Part shown: positions 28,593-38,607 of the stretch, in pieces | How positions within the stretch are numbered: the first letter of the stretch is position 1 | Layout: every line of letters begins with the position of its first letter | NCBI GenBank assembly: GCA_046756925.1 | Contig: JBHHXH010000004.1 | Span: 1-61,882 of the forward strand | Length of the DNA: 61,882 nt | Source: Nitrospiria bacterium | GTDB lineage: Bacteria > Nitrospirota > Nitrospiria > SBBL01 > JAADHI01 | Reading direction: 5' to 3' | Program-made: the position numbers and the translations under genes | Notes under the pieces: model-generated | Seen by the model: the letters and a program-made list of their open reading frames with translations, nothing else | What the model was told of the DNA's origin: nothing | The model's database searches: none

Positions 28593-29837
28593 TTAAGACA
28601 CAACAACCCCCTTTTTCAGCACCCTTCGAACATGATTCACACCGAAAAAATAGGGGAGTTGCCCATGGTGGTCGAGATCGAGAATCAGGAGATCGGCCTG
28701 TTTCCCGACTTCGATGCTGCCGCATTGACGACCGCGCCCGACGGCATGCGCGGCGTTGATCGTTGCGGCGGCGGTGGCCTCGGCGGGGCGCATCTTCAAG
28801 TTCAAGACGGCGAGATGGATGATTTCCTGCATCGAAAGACAGGGACAGGAGCCGGGGTTGTAATCGGTGGCCAGGGCAATGGGAATACCCGCGTCGATCA
28901 ATCGCCGCGCCGGCGCGTGTTTTTGATGCCCCAAAAAATGCGAGACACCCGGCAGCAAGACGCCGACAGTCCCCGCGCGCGCCAAGGGGCTGAGGTCCCT
29001 TTTCTTGACGATATCGAGATGGTCGACCGAGGCGGCCTTGAAAGCCGCCGCCAGCCGAAGACCGCCTTGTTCGGAGAACTCTCCGGCGTGCAGTTTGATC
29101 CCAAAACCCAGGTCCTGCGCCGCCGCCAAGATACGCTCCGATTGCTCGAACGAAAAAGCGCCGGCTTCACAAAAAACATCGCAAAAGTCGGCCAGGGCCT
29201 TCATCTTTGGGAGGCTGGCCATCACTTGGGCGACATAGGCCTCCGGATCGCCACGATATGCTTTTGGAACGACGTGCGCCCCCAGATAGGTCGCAACGAC
29301 GTCGAGCGGCGTTTCCCGGCCCAGTCTTTGGATCACCTTTAGAATTCTCGTTTCCGTTTTCGGATCGAGCCCATAACCGCTCTTAATCTCGACGGTGGTC
29401 GTGCCGTGGGCCAGCATTTGATGGAGCGTCGTTTCGGCCTGTTTGAAGAGGACCGTAGGTGAGGCGGCGCGTGTCGCCGCGACGGTGCGCAGTATACCGC
29501 CCCCTTTTTCGAGAATCTCCAGATAGGGTGTTCCCTGAAGACGGGCCGCCCATTCTTCGTCGCGGCGCCCTGCAAAAACCGCATGGGTGTGCGGATCGAC
29601 AAAACCCGGCATCACAACCTTGCCATCGGCATCGATCTCCCGCTTGGCTCTGAAGTGTCTGCGATAGTCGCGCTGCCGCCCGACCCATGCGATCTGCTCC
29701 TTAACGATGCCGACGGCGGCTTGATGGACGAGGCCGAGATCCGAAAGCGCGTCCCCTGTTTTGGGTCCATCGCTTTCATTCCGAAGGGTCAAAAGTTCCC
29801 CACAGTTGAGAATGGCGAGATCGAAGGACCGCTTCAT
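28593..29837 (-). CDS. hutI: Imidazolonepropionase
   Basis: PGFVDPHTH, GGGI..TV, EIKSGYGL, DVFCE, KLHA, SVDHL and ATDYNPGS motifs. Confidence 0.93.
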   Translation of the reverse strand: MKRSFDLAILNCGELLTLRNESDGPKTGDALSDLGLVHQAAVGIVKEQIAWVGRQRDYRRHFRAKREIDADGKVVMPGFVDPHTHAVFAGRRDEEWAARLQGTPYLEILEKGGGILRTVAATRAASPTVLFKQAETTLHQMLAHGTTTVEIKSGYGLDPKTETRILKVIQRLGRETPLDVVATYLGAHVVPKAYRGDPEAYVAQVMASLPKMKALADFCDVFCEAGAFSFEQSERILAAAQDLGFGIKLHAGEFSEQGGLRLAAAFKAASVDHLDIVKKRDLSPLARAGTVGVLLPGVSHFLGHQKHAPARRLIDAGIPIALATDYNPGSCPCLSMQEIIHLAVLNLKMRPAEATAAATINAAHAVGRGRQCGSIEVGKQADLLILDLDHHGQLPYFFGVNHVRRVLKKGVVVS

Positions 29838-29846
29838 CAGAGCATC

Positions 29847-30125
29847 CTATACATCGATGATGTCAAACACTTTGTTGCAATGCTTGCAACGTTTCGCATG
29901 GGGTGGAATCATCTCCCGGCAATTCGGGCATTGGATGAGGGCTTTTTTCTGTTTTTGCCTTTGAATGGCGGCATCGTCCCGTTTTAAAAAGAGGGCGTAG
30001 AGGAGGGCGAAAGGCGGAAAGAGCGCCCCGTAGATCCACCAGCCCCAAAAGGAGCGGCCCTTGCTCTGTGCCACGATGGCGGTGACCAGCCCGACCAGTA
30101 TTTGAATCAGCAGTGCACGCGACAT
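29847..30125 (-). CDS. Small membrane protein with a C-terminal zinc ribbon
   Basis: A.SKGRSF.GW membrane motif followed by CPNC...CKHC. Confidence 0.75.
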   Translation of the reverse strand: MSRALLIQILVGLVTAIVAQSKGRSFWGWWIYGALFPPFALLYALFLKRDDAAIQRQKQKKALIQCPNCREMIPPHAKRCKHCNKVFDIIDV

Positions 30126-30135
30126 GGGGCGTATC

Positions 30136-30855
30136 CTAGTCGGCCCTCAGACTGAAGCGGATCGGCAACAGGGTGATCTGTTGAACGGGCACGCCGTTTC
30201 GCATCGCCGGATCGAAACGCCATTGCTTGACCGCTTCGATGGCCGCGGCATCGAGATCGGCAGACTGAGAAGATCGCAGCACCTCCAAATTTCCAATGCC
30301 TCCGCTTTCCAAGATCTCCACCTTCAAAAGGACCTCGCCTTCCCGCTTCTCCCGCCGCGCGGCCATCGGATAAACCGGCATGACCTGATAGCCCCCTTTG
30401 AGTGCGCGAAAGGGGCGCAAGACCGGCCCCGGCGGGGGGGCTTCCTCGACCTCTGCCGAAACGGGCTTGGGGGTCTCGATTGTTTCGGCTGGGCGGTTTC
30501 TGGCTGCAGGCGGGGACGCGGCTTGAGGAGAAAGCTGTTTCGGTCGGCCGGTTTTCATCTGCGAACGGGGACGCAGCTTGGGCGTACTCAGTGTTTTTTG
30601 AAGGGGAGGCGAGGGCGCAGCGGGTGTGGCCGATGGGGGCTTCGGCGGTTTTAAATTCGTTTTGGAAAGCGGCCGGGGGATGACCGGTTTCGTTAGGGTG
30701 TGCTTCGAGGACGGCCTCGGCCGAAGCAAACGGATGGGAATGGACCGGGACGCGACGATCCGTTCGATCGGTCTGGGTTCGAAAAGATCCGGGATATAAA
30801 AAAGGGTGCCATGAATCAAAGACGAAAAGAGAATGGCGAAAAACCCCTTTTTCAT
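30136..30855 (-). CDS. tonB: TonB energy transducer
   Basis: TM with SLIH, Pro/Lys-rich linker, YPxAARR..EG.V and LD.AA.EAV..WRF.PA. Confidence 0.88.
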   Translation of the reverse strand: MKKGFFAILFSSLIHGTLFYIPDLFEPRPIERIVASRSIPIRLLRPRPSSKHTLTKPVIPRPLSKTNLKPPKPPSATPAAPSPPLQKTLSTPKLRPRSQMKTGRPKQLSPQAASPPAARNRPAETIETPKPVSAEVEEAPPPGPVLRPFRALKGGYQVMPVYPMAARREKREGEVLLKVEILESGGIGNLEVLRSSQSADLDAAAIEAVKQWRFDPAMRNGVPVQQITLLPIRFSLRAD

Positions 30856-31271
30856 GGAACGGCCTCTTGGGTCACGATCGCCAAGTGCTTGTGATTTAAA
30901 CCTTGCAAGGTATCAATGACACGAACGAACACGCCGAAGGGGGCCTTTTCGGCAGCGGAGAGAAGGACCCTGGTCTCGGGCCGGGCCGCCAGTTTTGTTT
31001 CGAGGGTGCGTTCCAGGTGGACAAGGCCGACCGTTTCACGATCGATTTCGACCTGCCCCCCTTTCCGTATCACGATTTGAAGACCCGCTCTCTCGGCATC
31101 GTTTTCGGCGTGGGCCGCTTTGGGAAGATGGAGGTCCAGGACCGGTGAGGAAATGGCCATCGAGGTGAGGAGAAAAAAAATCAAGAGCAGAAAGACCACG
31201 TCAACCATGGGGGTCATGTTGATTGAGGGCGCCGATCCACTTTTCCTTGTAGTTGTTTTCAATCGGAGCAT
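30852..31271 (-). CDS. exbD: ExbD/TolR biopolymer transport protein
   Basis: INMTPMVDVVFLLLIFF motif. Confidence 0.9.
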   Translation of the reverse strand: MLRLKTTTRKSGSAPSINMTPMVDVVFLLLIFFLLTSMAISSPVLDLHLPKAAHAENDAERAGLQIVIRKGGQVEIDRETVGLVHLERTLETKLAARPETRVLLSAAEKAPFGVFVRVIDTLQGLNHKHLAIVTQEAVP

Positions 31272-31966
31272 CAGCGCTTTCCTTCCTCAATGGCGTAGCG
31301 AAAGGGATCCGGTTCGGGATTGAAATCGGGTTTTTCGCTGGATGCGTCCTGAGGCGCGTGGGTTTTCCTCAGTTGGACCAGCAGGCGGCTGCCGTAATGC
31401 TCGATCTCGTAAACCAAACGGTCTTTCCGGCCTTGAAGATAGTAATGTGCAATCAAGGCCGGAATGGCGACGGCCATGCCGGAGACGGTTGTAATGAGCG
31501 CGACCCAAATACCCGAGGCCAAAAGCGCCGGAGACAGGGCACCTTGGATCAGGGACAGACGTTGAAAAGAGAGGACCATGCCCACCACCGTCCCCAACAG
31601 CCCCAGCATGGTGGAAACGGGTGGGATGAGGCCGAGCAAGGCCAGTCCTTTCGCGGCCTCCCGGTCGATTTCTTCTCCACGGATCGCCATGCGCTCCGCA
31701 ACGATCTCCGGATCTTCTGCCGGTTCATTCAGTCCGAGTTGTAAAATGCTGCCGATGGGACCGGTGAGGGTTGCGGCAATCGCGGCCGCTTCTTTTTCCT
31801 TCCCGATCGACAACAAATTTTCCACCCGCTCAAAACGCGCTTTAAGCGCTTTTGAGCGGGTGAACCAAAAATACCAGAGCCGTTCCAAGGTAACGGCCAG
31901 GGCGATGACGGAAGCGACGAGGATGGGGTGCATCAAAAAACCGCCTTTTAGGTAGAGCTCAAGCAT
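31271..31966 (-). CDS. exbB: MotA/TolQ/ExbB proton channel protein
   Basis: KGGFLM.PI, LGLLGTV.GM and GI.VALITT motifs; start at ATG 31966. Confidence 0.88.
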   Translation of the reverse strand: MLELYLKGGFLMHPILVASVIALAVTLERLWYFWFTRSKALKARFERVENLLSIGKEKEAAAIAATLTGPIGSILQLGLNEPAEDPEIVAERMAIRGEEIDREAAKGLALLGLIPPVSTMLGLLGTVVGMVLSFQRLSLIQGALSPALLASGIWVALITTVSGMAVAIPALIAHYYLQGRKDRLVYEIEHYGSRLLVQLRKTHAPQDASSEKPDFNPEPDPFRYAIEEGKR

Positions 31967-32783
31967 GGCCGGGCAAGGCCTCCTCGTGTCCGCGATCCCT
32001 TGAGCGCCCGATCGGGACGATACACAGCCCGCCGGTGGTGGGATGCCGGGAAAGCGCGGCGTCGATGCCGTAGACCCTGCGAAGGCTTTCGGCGGTGAGG
32101 ACGGCTTCGGCCTTGCCGATGGCGACGATTTGCCCTTCATGGAGCAGAGCCAGGCGCCGGCAGTAGCGTGCGGCCAGGTTCAAATCGTGAATCGCCATGA
32201 CCACGCCGACATCTTTTTTAACTAAAGCGGCGACGAGGTCGAGCAGGCCGAGCTGGTAATGCGGATCGAGATTGGCCGTCGGCTCATCCAAAAAAAGCAG
32301 CCCCGCCTCTTGCGCCAGGGCCCGCGCCAGCAAGACGCGTTGCAGTTCGCCGCCGGAGAGTTCCGTAATCAAACGCGCCGCGAGGCTATCTGTTTCCGTC
32401 ATCCGCATGGCCTCGCGGGCGATGGCGGTGTCTTCCTCCGAAATCGGATCGAAGCGCCCGCAGTGGGCATAGCGTCCCATCAGCACCACTTCTTCGCAAG
32501 TGAAGGGACTGTCCAGGGCCGGACCCTGCGGCAGGTAGGCAAGCCGCCGGGCAAGGGCCTTTTGCGACCACAGGCCAATAGGTTTACCCTCCAGCAAAAT
32601 CGTCCCGCCGTCCGGCCTGAAGGCCCGAATCATCAGTTTCATCAAGGTGGTTTTACCCGCCCCGTTGGGACCGATAAGGCCGAGGATTTCGCCCTTTTCG
32701 ATTTGAAGATCGATGCCGCTTAAGATCATCTTGCCCTTTCTGGAAAAAGACACTGCGTCAAGTTCCATGCCGTCATTCATCAT
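31959..32783 (-). CDS. Iron-chelate/cobalamin/haem-type ABC transporter ATPase
   Basis: GPNGAGKTT, LSGGE.QR, LDEPTANLD and HDLNLAARYC motifs. Confidence 0.88.
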   Translation of the reverse strand: MMNDGMELDAVSFSRKGKMILSGIDLQIEKGEILGLIGPNGAGKTTLMKLMIRAFRPDGGTILLEGKPIGLWSQKALARRLAYLPQGPALDSPFTCEEVVLMGRYAHCGRFDPISEEDTAIAREAMRMTETDSLAARLITELSGGELQRVLLARALAQEAGLLFLDEPTANLDPHYQLGLLDLVAALVKKDVGVVMAIHDLNLAARYCRRLALLHEGQIVAIGKAEAVLTAESLRRVYGIDAALSRHPTTGGLCIVPIGRSRDRGHEEALPGHA

Positions 32784-32831
32784 TTTAGACTTCACTCGTG
32801 TGTAGAAAGGTTTCCTGAAAAATAGAGTGAT

Positions 32832-32847
32832 TTGATCTTAAAATCAA
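32832..32847. promoter_or_regulatory. Candidate operator TTGAT-N6-ATCAA inside a longer imperfect inverted repeat (32822-32855)
   Basis: Inverted repeat ~50 bp upstream of the ABC-ATPase/exbBD/tonB operon; regulator not identifiable. Confidence 0.35.
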
Positions 32848-32978
32848 GTCTCTATCGAGAACAGATCGAAGGGCTGATCTTCCTTTGCCTTTCATTCGGC
32901 GTTTCAGTTATATTTCCCGAGAGGATTTTGAGATCGTTCGAATTTCAGGCGGGCCATCACATGATGGTGGAAGACACA

Positions 32979-33449
32979 ATGGACGTCCAAGACAAGCCGT
33001 CTCATTCGATGGACGAAGAACAATATATTCAAGACCGGCTTGAGGACCAACTCAACTGGTACGATAGGAAAAGCGGCGCGTGCCAGCGCCGTTACAAATG
33101 GCTCCGGGCGATTGAAATCGTCTGCGCGGCCTTGATTCCCTTCACGGTCGGGCCAGTGCTCAACAAGTCGGAACTTTCCGCCATTGTCGCGGGGGCTTTG
33201 GGGGTGACGGTATCCATCGTCGCGGGTTTGATGACCTTGTATAAGTATCAAGAGAATTGGATCAAGTACCGCACCACGGCGGAATCCCTCAAACACGAAA
33301 AATTTCTTTATCAAACCAAGACCGAGCCTTATGACGACACGGAACCTTTTCCGTTGTTGGTGAAGCGAGTGGAGTCGCTTATTTCTAAAGAAAATACGGA
33401 ATGGGCCGGGAATATGGCGACGCAGAAAAAGGAGCGGGAGGAGGCATAA
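32979..33449 (+). CDS. DUF4231 / SLATT-type two-TM protein
   Basis: Y..DRL.DQ..WY.RKS, two TM helices and QENWI.YRTT.E.LK.EK motif. Start uncertain (32961-33009). Confidence 0.82.
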   Translation: MDVQDKPSHSMDEEQYIQDRLEDQLNWYDRKSGACQRRYKWLRAIEIVCAALIPFTVGPVLNKSELSAIVAGALGVTVSIVAGLMTLYKYQENWIKYRTTAESLKHEKFLYQTKTEPYDDTEPFPLLVKRVESLISKENTEWAGNMATQKKEREEA

Positions 33450-33471
33450 TTTAAATGAGTTCTGCAGGGCG

Positions 33472-33500
33472 ATGACAAACGGCACACATTCTGTTATCCT
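33472..33500 (+). promoter_or_regulatory. Putative promoter of the brnT-antitoxin operon (leaderless)
   Basis: ATGACA-N17-TATCCT with TGn extension; ATG is 6 nt downstream and has no SD. Confidence 0.55.
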
Positions 33501-33506
33501 GCATAA

Positions 33507-33788
33507 ATGAAGGCCTATTCTTGGGATCCGAAAAAGAACGAACGACTCAAGCAGAAGAGAGGCCTTTCTTTCGAAGAAGTGGTTTTGAACATCCACCTTG
33601 GTAATGAAGTCGATCTCTTCGATCATCCCAATCAAAAACGTTATCCAGGTCAGAAGATTTCGGTCGTTTTGATTGAGGGCTATGCCTATCTCGTTCCATT
33701 TGTTGAAACGGAGGAAGAGATTTTCTTGAAGACTATCATTCCGAGTCGCAAGGCAACGAAGCAATATACAGGGGGTTCTGATGAGTAA
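33507..33788 (+). CDS. brnT: BrnT-family ribonuclease toxin
   Basis: WD..KN..L...RG.SFE motif and FLKTIIPSRKATK C-terminus. Confidence 0.85.
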   Translation: MKAYSWDPKKNERLKQKRGLSFEEVVLNIHLGNEVDLFDHPNQKRYPGQKISVVLIEGYAYLVPFVETEEEIFLKTIIPSRKATKQYTGGSDE

Positions 33789-34068
33789 GCTAAATGCCGA
33801 AGAGAAAAAAATTCTCGAGGCTTTTGAAAAGGGGAAACTAAAAAGACCTAAACGTGTCGCAAGTGAGATTGCACGGCACAAGGCCATTGCCGAGGCCACG
33901 TTTAAGAAGGATGCACGCATCAACATTCGGTTATCGTCGAAAGATTTGCGGGCGCTGCAAGTCCGGGCGCTAAAAGAGGGGATTCCCTATCAAACCTTGG
34001 TGTCCAGCGTTTTGCACAAATATGTTGATGGGAAACTGGTGGAGAAGTCGGTGAATAAGGCAAGTTAA
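33781..34068 (+). CDS. Cognate RHH (CopG/BrnA-like) antitoxin
   Basis: KDARINIRL...A..EGIPYQTL..S.LH; overlaps the toxin stop codon. Confidence 0.85.
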   Translation: MSKLNAEEKKILEAFEKGKLKRPKRVASEIARHKAIAEATFKKDARINIRLSSKDLRALQVRALKEGIPYQTLVSSVLHKYVDGKLVEKSVNKAS

Positions 34069-34100
34069 ATCGTGTCGTCATCAACATTCACAATGCTAAA

Positions 34101-34241
34101 ATGAAGTGTGCTGTTTTCGGAAGTGAACTCAAACCAGTGAAAACAGACTTGCCACTTAAGACTATGGAACGTGTTGAGAAAATGTTGGTTCAAGTCAAAT
34201 GTAGAATAACTTGTTTAGTTTTGGATCTTGTTGTCGCATAG
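34101..34241 (+). pseudogene. YgiT/MqsA-type zinc-finger antitoxin remnant
   Basis: MKCAVFGSELKPVKTDLPLK joined directly to TMERVEKML: second Cys replaced by Phe and the central CxxC segment absent. Confidence 0.55.
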
Positions 34242-34344
34242 ATGGCTCAGCTTTTTGGATGGCAGTTAATACTAAAGTGATGCCCTGGCCTAGCACTTGA
34301 AAAACATGTGCAGGTGTACACTGCTCGTTGGATTCTCTACTTCC

Positions 34345-34806
34345 ATGAGTAAATTCAGAACCAAGATCAATAACATTCTAAATTCTACTTCGGATTTGAG
34401 CGAAGTTGATAATTATGCCAAACGTTACAAGTGCAAATATCAAACTATCTATGAGTGTTTAGCAGATGGACTGACTTTAGATGAAACGGTCTTTGTCCTA
34501 GACGTCCATAGGTCCCTACCCCTCACTCCATTTATGGCTACTTTGCGGCAACTATTTGTTACCTTGCTGGACAAAGATCAAGAACAAATGAATGAAGCCA
34601 TCTCTCTGACTGAAGAGAATTTGGAATATTTACGTAGTCAGGTTCCAGAGGACATAGAAATGTGGGCAAAAGATGACTCCGCTCTAAAGGAATTTTGTGC
34701 ATTACTTTCGGAACAAAATGGTTCTTTAGGGGAGCTTAGAGATTATCTGGATCAACTTGAGTGGCAAGAGGAACTACGTTTGGAGTGGCCAGAAAATTTC
34801 GAATAA
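34345..34806 (+). CDS. Hypothetical AT-rich acidic protein
   Basis: 153-aa ORF from ATG 34345, visibly AT-richer than its neighbours; no motif recognised. Confidence 0.6.
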   Translation: MSKFRTKINNILNSTSDLSEVDNYAKRYKCKYQTIYECLADGLTLDETVFVLDVHRSLPLTPFMATLRQLFVTLLDKDQEQMNEAISLTEENLEYLRSQVPEDIEMWAKDDSALKEFCALLSEQNGSLGELRDYLDQLEWQEELRLEWPENFE

Positions 34807-34849
34807 AATTCCCGCAATCATCCATACTTCATAATATAAAGAGGTTGAG

Positions 34850-36418
34850 ATGAATCGCCCTAAAATCGCCGATACCGAACCATCCTTCGTCCCACTCGAA
34901 GCCGGAAAAGACTATTACTGGTGCGCCTGCGGCTTGAGTCAAAACCAGCCTTTTTGCGACGGTTCGCACAGCGGCACCTCGTTTTCTCCCGTCGCTTTTC
35001 AGGTGGACAAGGCCCAAGAGGCCGCGCTGTGCCTCTGCAAGCGGACGGACAATCCGCCCTATTGCGACGGCACGCATGCGACCTTGACGGACGAGGAAAT
35101 CAAGGCCGATGCGGCGGCCTTCACTAAGGATTCGTCGGAGGACGCTGAATCTCAAGAATACGACGCGCCTAAGACCGTGAAACCGACAAAGGAAGAGCCA
35201 ACGCTCAAACAGATTCACGACTTGGCGCGCGATGGGCTTTCCAATGTCGGGTCTCACGGCGAGATGGGAGCAATGGGGGTACCGCGTACGACGCTGCCCG
35301 AATGGGATGAGATTCAAATCCTCACAGCCCAGTTTGCGAGGAAGCCCTTGATGGATGATGTTCCGGTTGGAACGGAATTGATCATCGGTCCCAATGCAAA
35401 AAAACCCCTCAAGCTGGACATTCCCCTTTTCGTTTCCGACATGAGTTTCGGCGCCTTGTCGGAAGAGGCCAAGACGGCGATGGCCAAGGGCGCGGAGTTG
35501 GCCGGGACGGGGATCTGCTCCGGCGAAGGCGGGATGTTGCCGGAGGAACAGGCGGCGAACGGCCGCTATTTCTACGAGCTGGCCTCGGCCCAGTTCGGCT
35601 TTGACGAGGCCCTCTTAAAAAAGGTGCAGGCCTTTCACTTCAAGGGCGGCCAGGCGGCGAAGACGGGCACGGGTGGCCACCTGCCCGGAAACAAGGTGGT
35701 GGGCAAGATCGCCCAGGTGCGGAGGCTGCCAGAGGGCCGCCCCGCCGTGTCGCCCGCGGCCTTTGCGGACTTCGATACACCGGAAGACTTTAAGCATTAT
35801 GCCGACCATGTGCGCAAACTGACCGGCGGTATTCCCATCGGGATGAAGCTCTCGGCAAATCATATCGAAGCCGATATCGATTTTGCGATTGAAGGCGGGG
35901 TGGATTACATCATCCTGGACGGCCGCGGCGGCGGCACGGGTGCGGCCCCCCTGCTTTTTCGCGATCACATTTCCGTGCCGACCATTCCCGCCTTGGCGCG
36001 GGCGCGTCATTATCTTGATAAACGCTGTGTCTCGAACATCACCTTAATCATCACGGGGGGCTTGCGGGTGCCTTCCGATTTTATCAAGGCCCTGTGCTTG
36101 GGGGCGGATGGGATTGCCATTGCCAATAGCGCCATGCAGTCCATCGGATGCATCGCCGCGCGGATTTGTCATACAAACCAGTGCCCTTCTGGCGTGGCCA
36201 CGCAAGATCCCAAATTACGCGCGCAGATCGACGTGAATCAATCCGCCGAGCGCTTGGCGCGCTTTTTAAAGGCTTCCGCCGAATTGATGCAGGTCATGGC
36301 GCGCGCCTGCGGCCATGATCATCTCAATCAATTTAATCCAAAAGACATTACGACTTGGAAAAAAGAAATGGCGGAGATCAGCGGGATTCAATTTGCCGGT
36401 TACGATGGCTCGCGCTAA
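34850..36418 (+). CDS. FMN-binding glutamate-synthase-like protein with two N-terminal CDGSH [2Fe-2S] domains
   Basis: WCACG.S.NQPFCDGSH, LCLCK.T..PPYCDGTH, MSFGALS, SGEGG, DGRGGGTGAAP and CxxxxxCxxxxCP. Confidence 0.9.
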   Translation: MNRPKIADTEPSFVPLEAGKDYYWCACGLSQNQPFCDGSHSGTSFSPVAFQVDKAQEAALCLCKRTDNPPYCDGTHATLTDEEIKADAAAFTKDSSEDAESQEYDAPKTVKPTKEEPTLKQIHDLARDGLSNVGSHGEMGAMGVPRTTLPEWDEIQILTAQFARKPLMDDVPVGTELIIGPNAKKPLKLDIPLFVSDMSFGALSEEAKTAMAKGAELAGTGICSGEGGMLPEEQAANGRYFYELASAQFGFDEALLKKVQAFHFKGGQAAKTGTGGHLPGNKVVGKIAQVRRLPEGRPAVSPAAFADFDTPEDFKHYADHVRKLTGGIPIGMKLSANHIEADIDFAIEGGVDYIILDGRGGGTGAAPLLFRDHISVPTIPALARARHYLDKRCVSNITLIITGGLRVPSDFIKALCLGADGIAIANSAMQSIGCIAARICHTNQCPSGVATQDPKLRAQIDVNQSAERLARFLKASAELMQVMARACGHDHLNQFNPKDITTWKKEMAEISGIQFAGYDGSR

Positions 36419-36447
36419 GTCTTGTGGGCTGATTTCAGGAGCGAAGA

Positions 36448-36846
36448 ATGGCTGAGGATCAAAAACCGGGTGGCTTTAAGGAGGCCGAAAAGACAGCGGC
36501 GGATTTTGTCAAAGACAAGGCCAAGACAGAACATCTGCTGATCGAAGCGGTTCAAAAAGCGGACCGGGAGAAAAGTTTTCTTGGAAAAATTTGGGACGAT
36601 CTGCAGGCGCTATTTCGCTTGGTGCGCGCCTGGCATAAAGGGGAATACACGGAAGTACCGATGAAGACGATCATGCTGGCCATCTCGGCGGTCGTCTACT
36701 TCGTCAATCCCTTCGACCTCGTTCCCGATTTTTTACCCGGTGTGGGCTTCATAGATGATGCAGCAGTGATTGGTTTTGTGCTGCGATCGATCAAGGAAGA
36801 CATCGATCGATTCCTGGCCTGGGAAGGCACAAGGGGAAGGGCTTGA
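36448..36846 (+). CDS. YkvA/DUF1232 family membrane protein
   Basis: YFVNPFDLVPDFLPGVGFIDD motif. Confidence 0.88.
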   Translation: MAEDQKPGGFKEAEKTAADFVKDKAKTEHLLIEAVQKADREKSFLGKIWDDLQALFRLVRAWHKGEYTEVPMKTIMLAISAVVYFVNPFDLVPDFLPGVGFIDDAAVIGFVLRSIKEDIDRFLAWEGTRGRA

Positions 36847-36849
36847 GAA

Positions 36850-38607
36850 TTAAAACGGCAACTTCAAACCGCCCGTGGCTTTTTTCATCGCCTCTTGTAA
36901 AATTTTATCCCCGAGCCGTTCCCGGCCGCCGAGGGTATCGAGCAGTCCGTCCAAGCCTTTGAACTCCGACTGGAGTTTCGCCACTTCCTTGTTGACCTTT
37001 TCCGTTATTTCCGATTTCAGCTTGGCTTCAAATTGGGTGGCCTGGACCTTCACCTGATTGCCGATGGCTTTTTTGAGGACTTGATCCAAGTCGGATGCGA
37101 TCTTGAGATCGTAGTCGCTCAAGGTCCCGGCCGCTTCGGCCTTCAAGCCGAAGGCCTTCACCTCGCCGAGGGTATCGGCCATGGCGCGCGCCAGGGTCCC
37201 GGCCCCTTCCTTCAGCCCGACCGCAAAGGCCACCGATTTCATTTGGGCCGAGAGGGTTGCGTCGAGTCAGCCGTTTTGCATCCGGGCCTCGGTGTCGAAA
37301 TCGGCACGCGCATTTTTCATCTCCACGGGAAAATCGGTGTCCTTCGAGAGGCGCAGGCTGCCGATCCGATGGCCTTGGGCCTTGAGCTGGACCGCATCCA
37401 TGGCCTGCGCCGGATCGATGCGATTGACCGTACCGTCCACCGTGATCGACTCAAAGTCTTTCAGGGCTTGTCCTGAAAAACGGAAGCGGAGTGGCTTGCC
37501 CGTGAGGGGCTGTTGGGTGGTGATCTGTCGCATCACTCCGGAAAAATTTCCAGCCTCAAGTTGAAACGAGACATTTGCGGTTTCGACGAGAAAATTCGGT
37601 AGCGTCCGCTGCACCCTAAAATGAATGTCAACTCCCTTCCCGCGCGGCGGTTTTTGGGCCGCCGCATCCGCCCGGTCCATCGACAGATTGGCCAGGTGCG
37701 GCTGGAGGGTTTCGTAAGCCTGAAAAGCGGTTTCCGTCCAATCGCCGATTTGCTCCCTCAGGAGCATGCGGCTGATGTTGCTGAGGCCCTTAGGAGAGAG
37801 GGCGTATTTTTCCTTTAAGCGGTTGATGTCGTCCATCGGGACCTTTGACACGCTTTGAACGCGGTCTTTGAGCGTGCTTAGATCGGTCTTCAACGTTTTT
37901 TTAGCGAAACGAATCTGCTCAATATCGGCCTTGATTTCCTTTTGCAAAGACACCACTTCCTGCATCCCACCCAGGAACCCTCCAATGCCCCCCTTTTTCG
38001 CATCTTTTAATTTTTTAACACGCTGCTCGTAGTCCTTGAATGTTTCCTTGTCGGGCAAGGCCGCAATTTGCGCCTTCCATTTCGCCTCTTCCTGTTTCGC
38101 TTCTTGGCGGAGGTCTTCGACCAGCTGGAGTGAGGCGAGGGATTCTTTTGCGAGAATGGCTTTCACGTCTGGCAGGTCCAGCGCGGGAAGTTGAAGACCT
38201 TCGGTCCCCTTCTTTTTGGCTGCGCGCGGCGGTTTTTCCGGCGCCAGCGCGCCCGAACGGGTTCGCGGGGTGTTCAGGCGGAGGCCCTCGACGGTCATTT
38301 CCTCAATATGGATTTTTCGGTCGAGGGCAGCACCGGGATCGATTAAGAAGGCGATCTCGCCAATTTCCACGGCATTGGTCATGGGATTTTTGCGATCGGT
38401 CACCTGAAGCCTTTGGAGCCGTAGCCCCAAGGGGACAAAGGATAGATCAGCCGCATCCAGCTCGACTTTTGCCTTGGCCCAGTCGCTACCGATGGCTTCG
38501 ATACGCGCTTTGACGAAGTCATCGATAAAAAGAACCAAGAGAAAATAGCTCAGTCCCACAAGGGCGAGAAAGACCAAGAGACCCGGCCAGCGAATCCTTT
38601 TTTTCAT
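36850..38607 (-). pseudogene. TIGR03545-family (AsmA-like) protein interrupted by one in-frame TGA at 37269-37267
   Basis: IRW.GL start and PPRGKG..I.F motif. ORFs 37267..38607 and 36850..37242 are in the same frame: EARMQNG*LDATLSAQMKS. Confidence 0.75.

Noticed and set aside
32832-32847. FNR box
   Set aside because: Half-sites match, but the spacer is 6 nt rather than the required 4.
32904-33926. 340-aa minus-strand ORF
   Set aside because: Antisense shadow of the DUF4231 and brnT-antitoxin genes; no motifs.
37267-37269. Selenocysteine recoding of the in-frame TGA
   Set aside because: No redox or Cys-motif context and no convincing SECIS hairpin just downstream.
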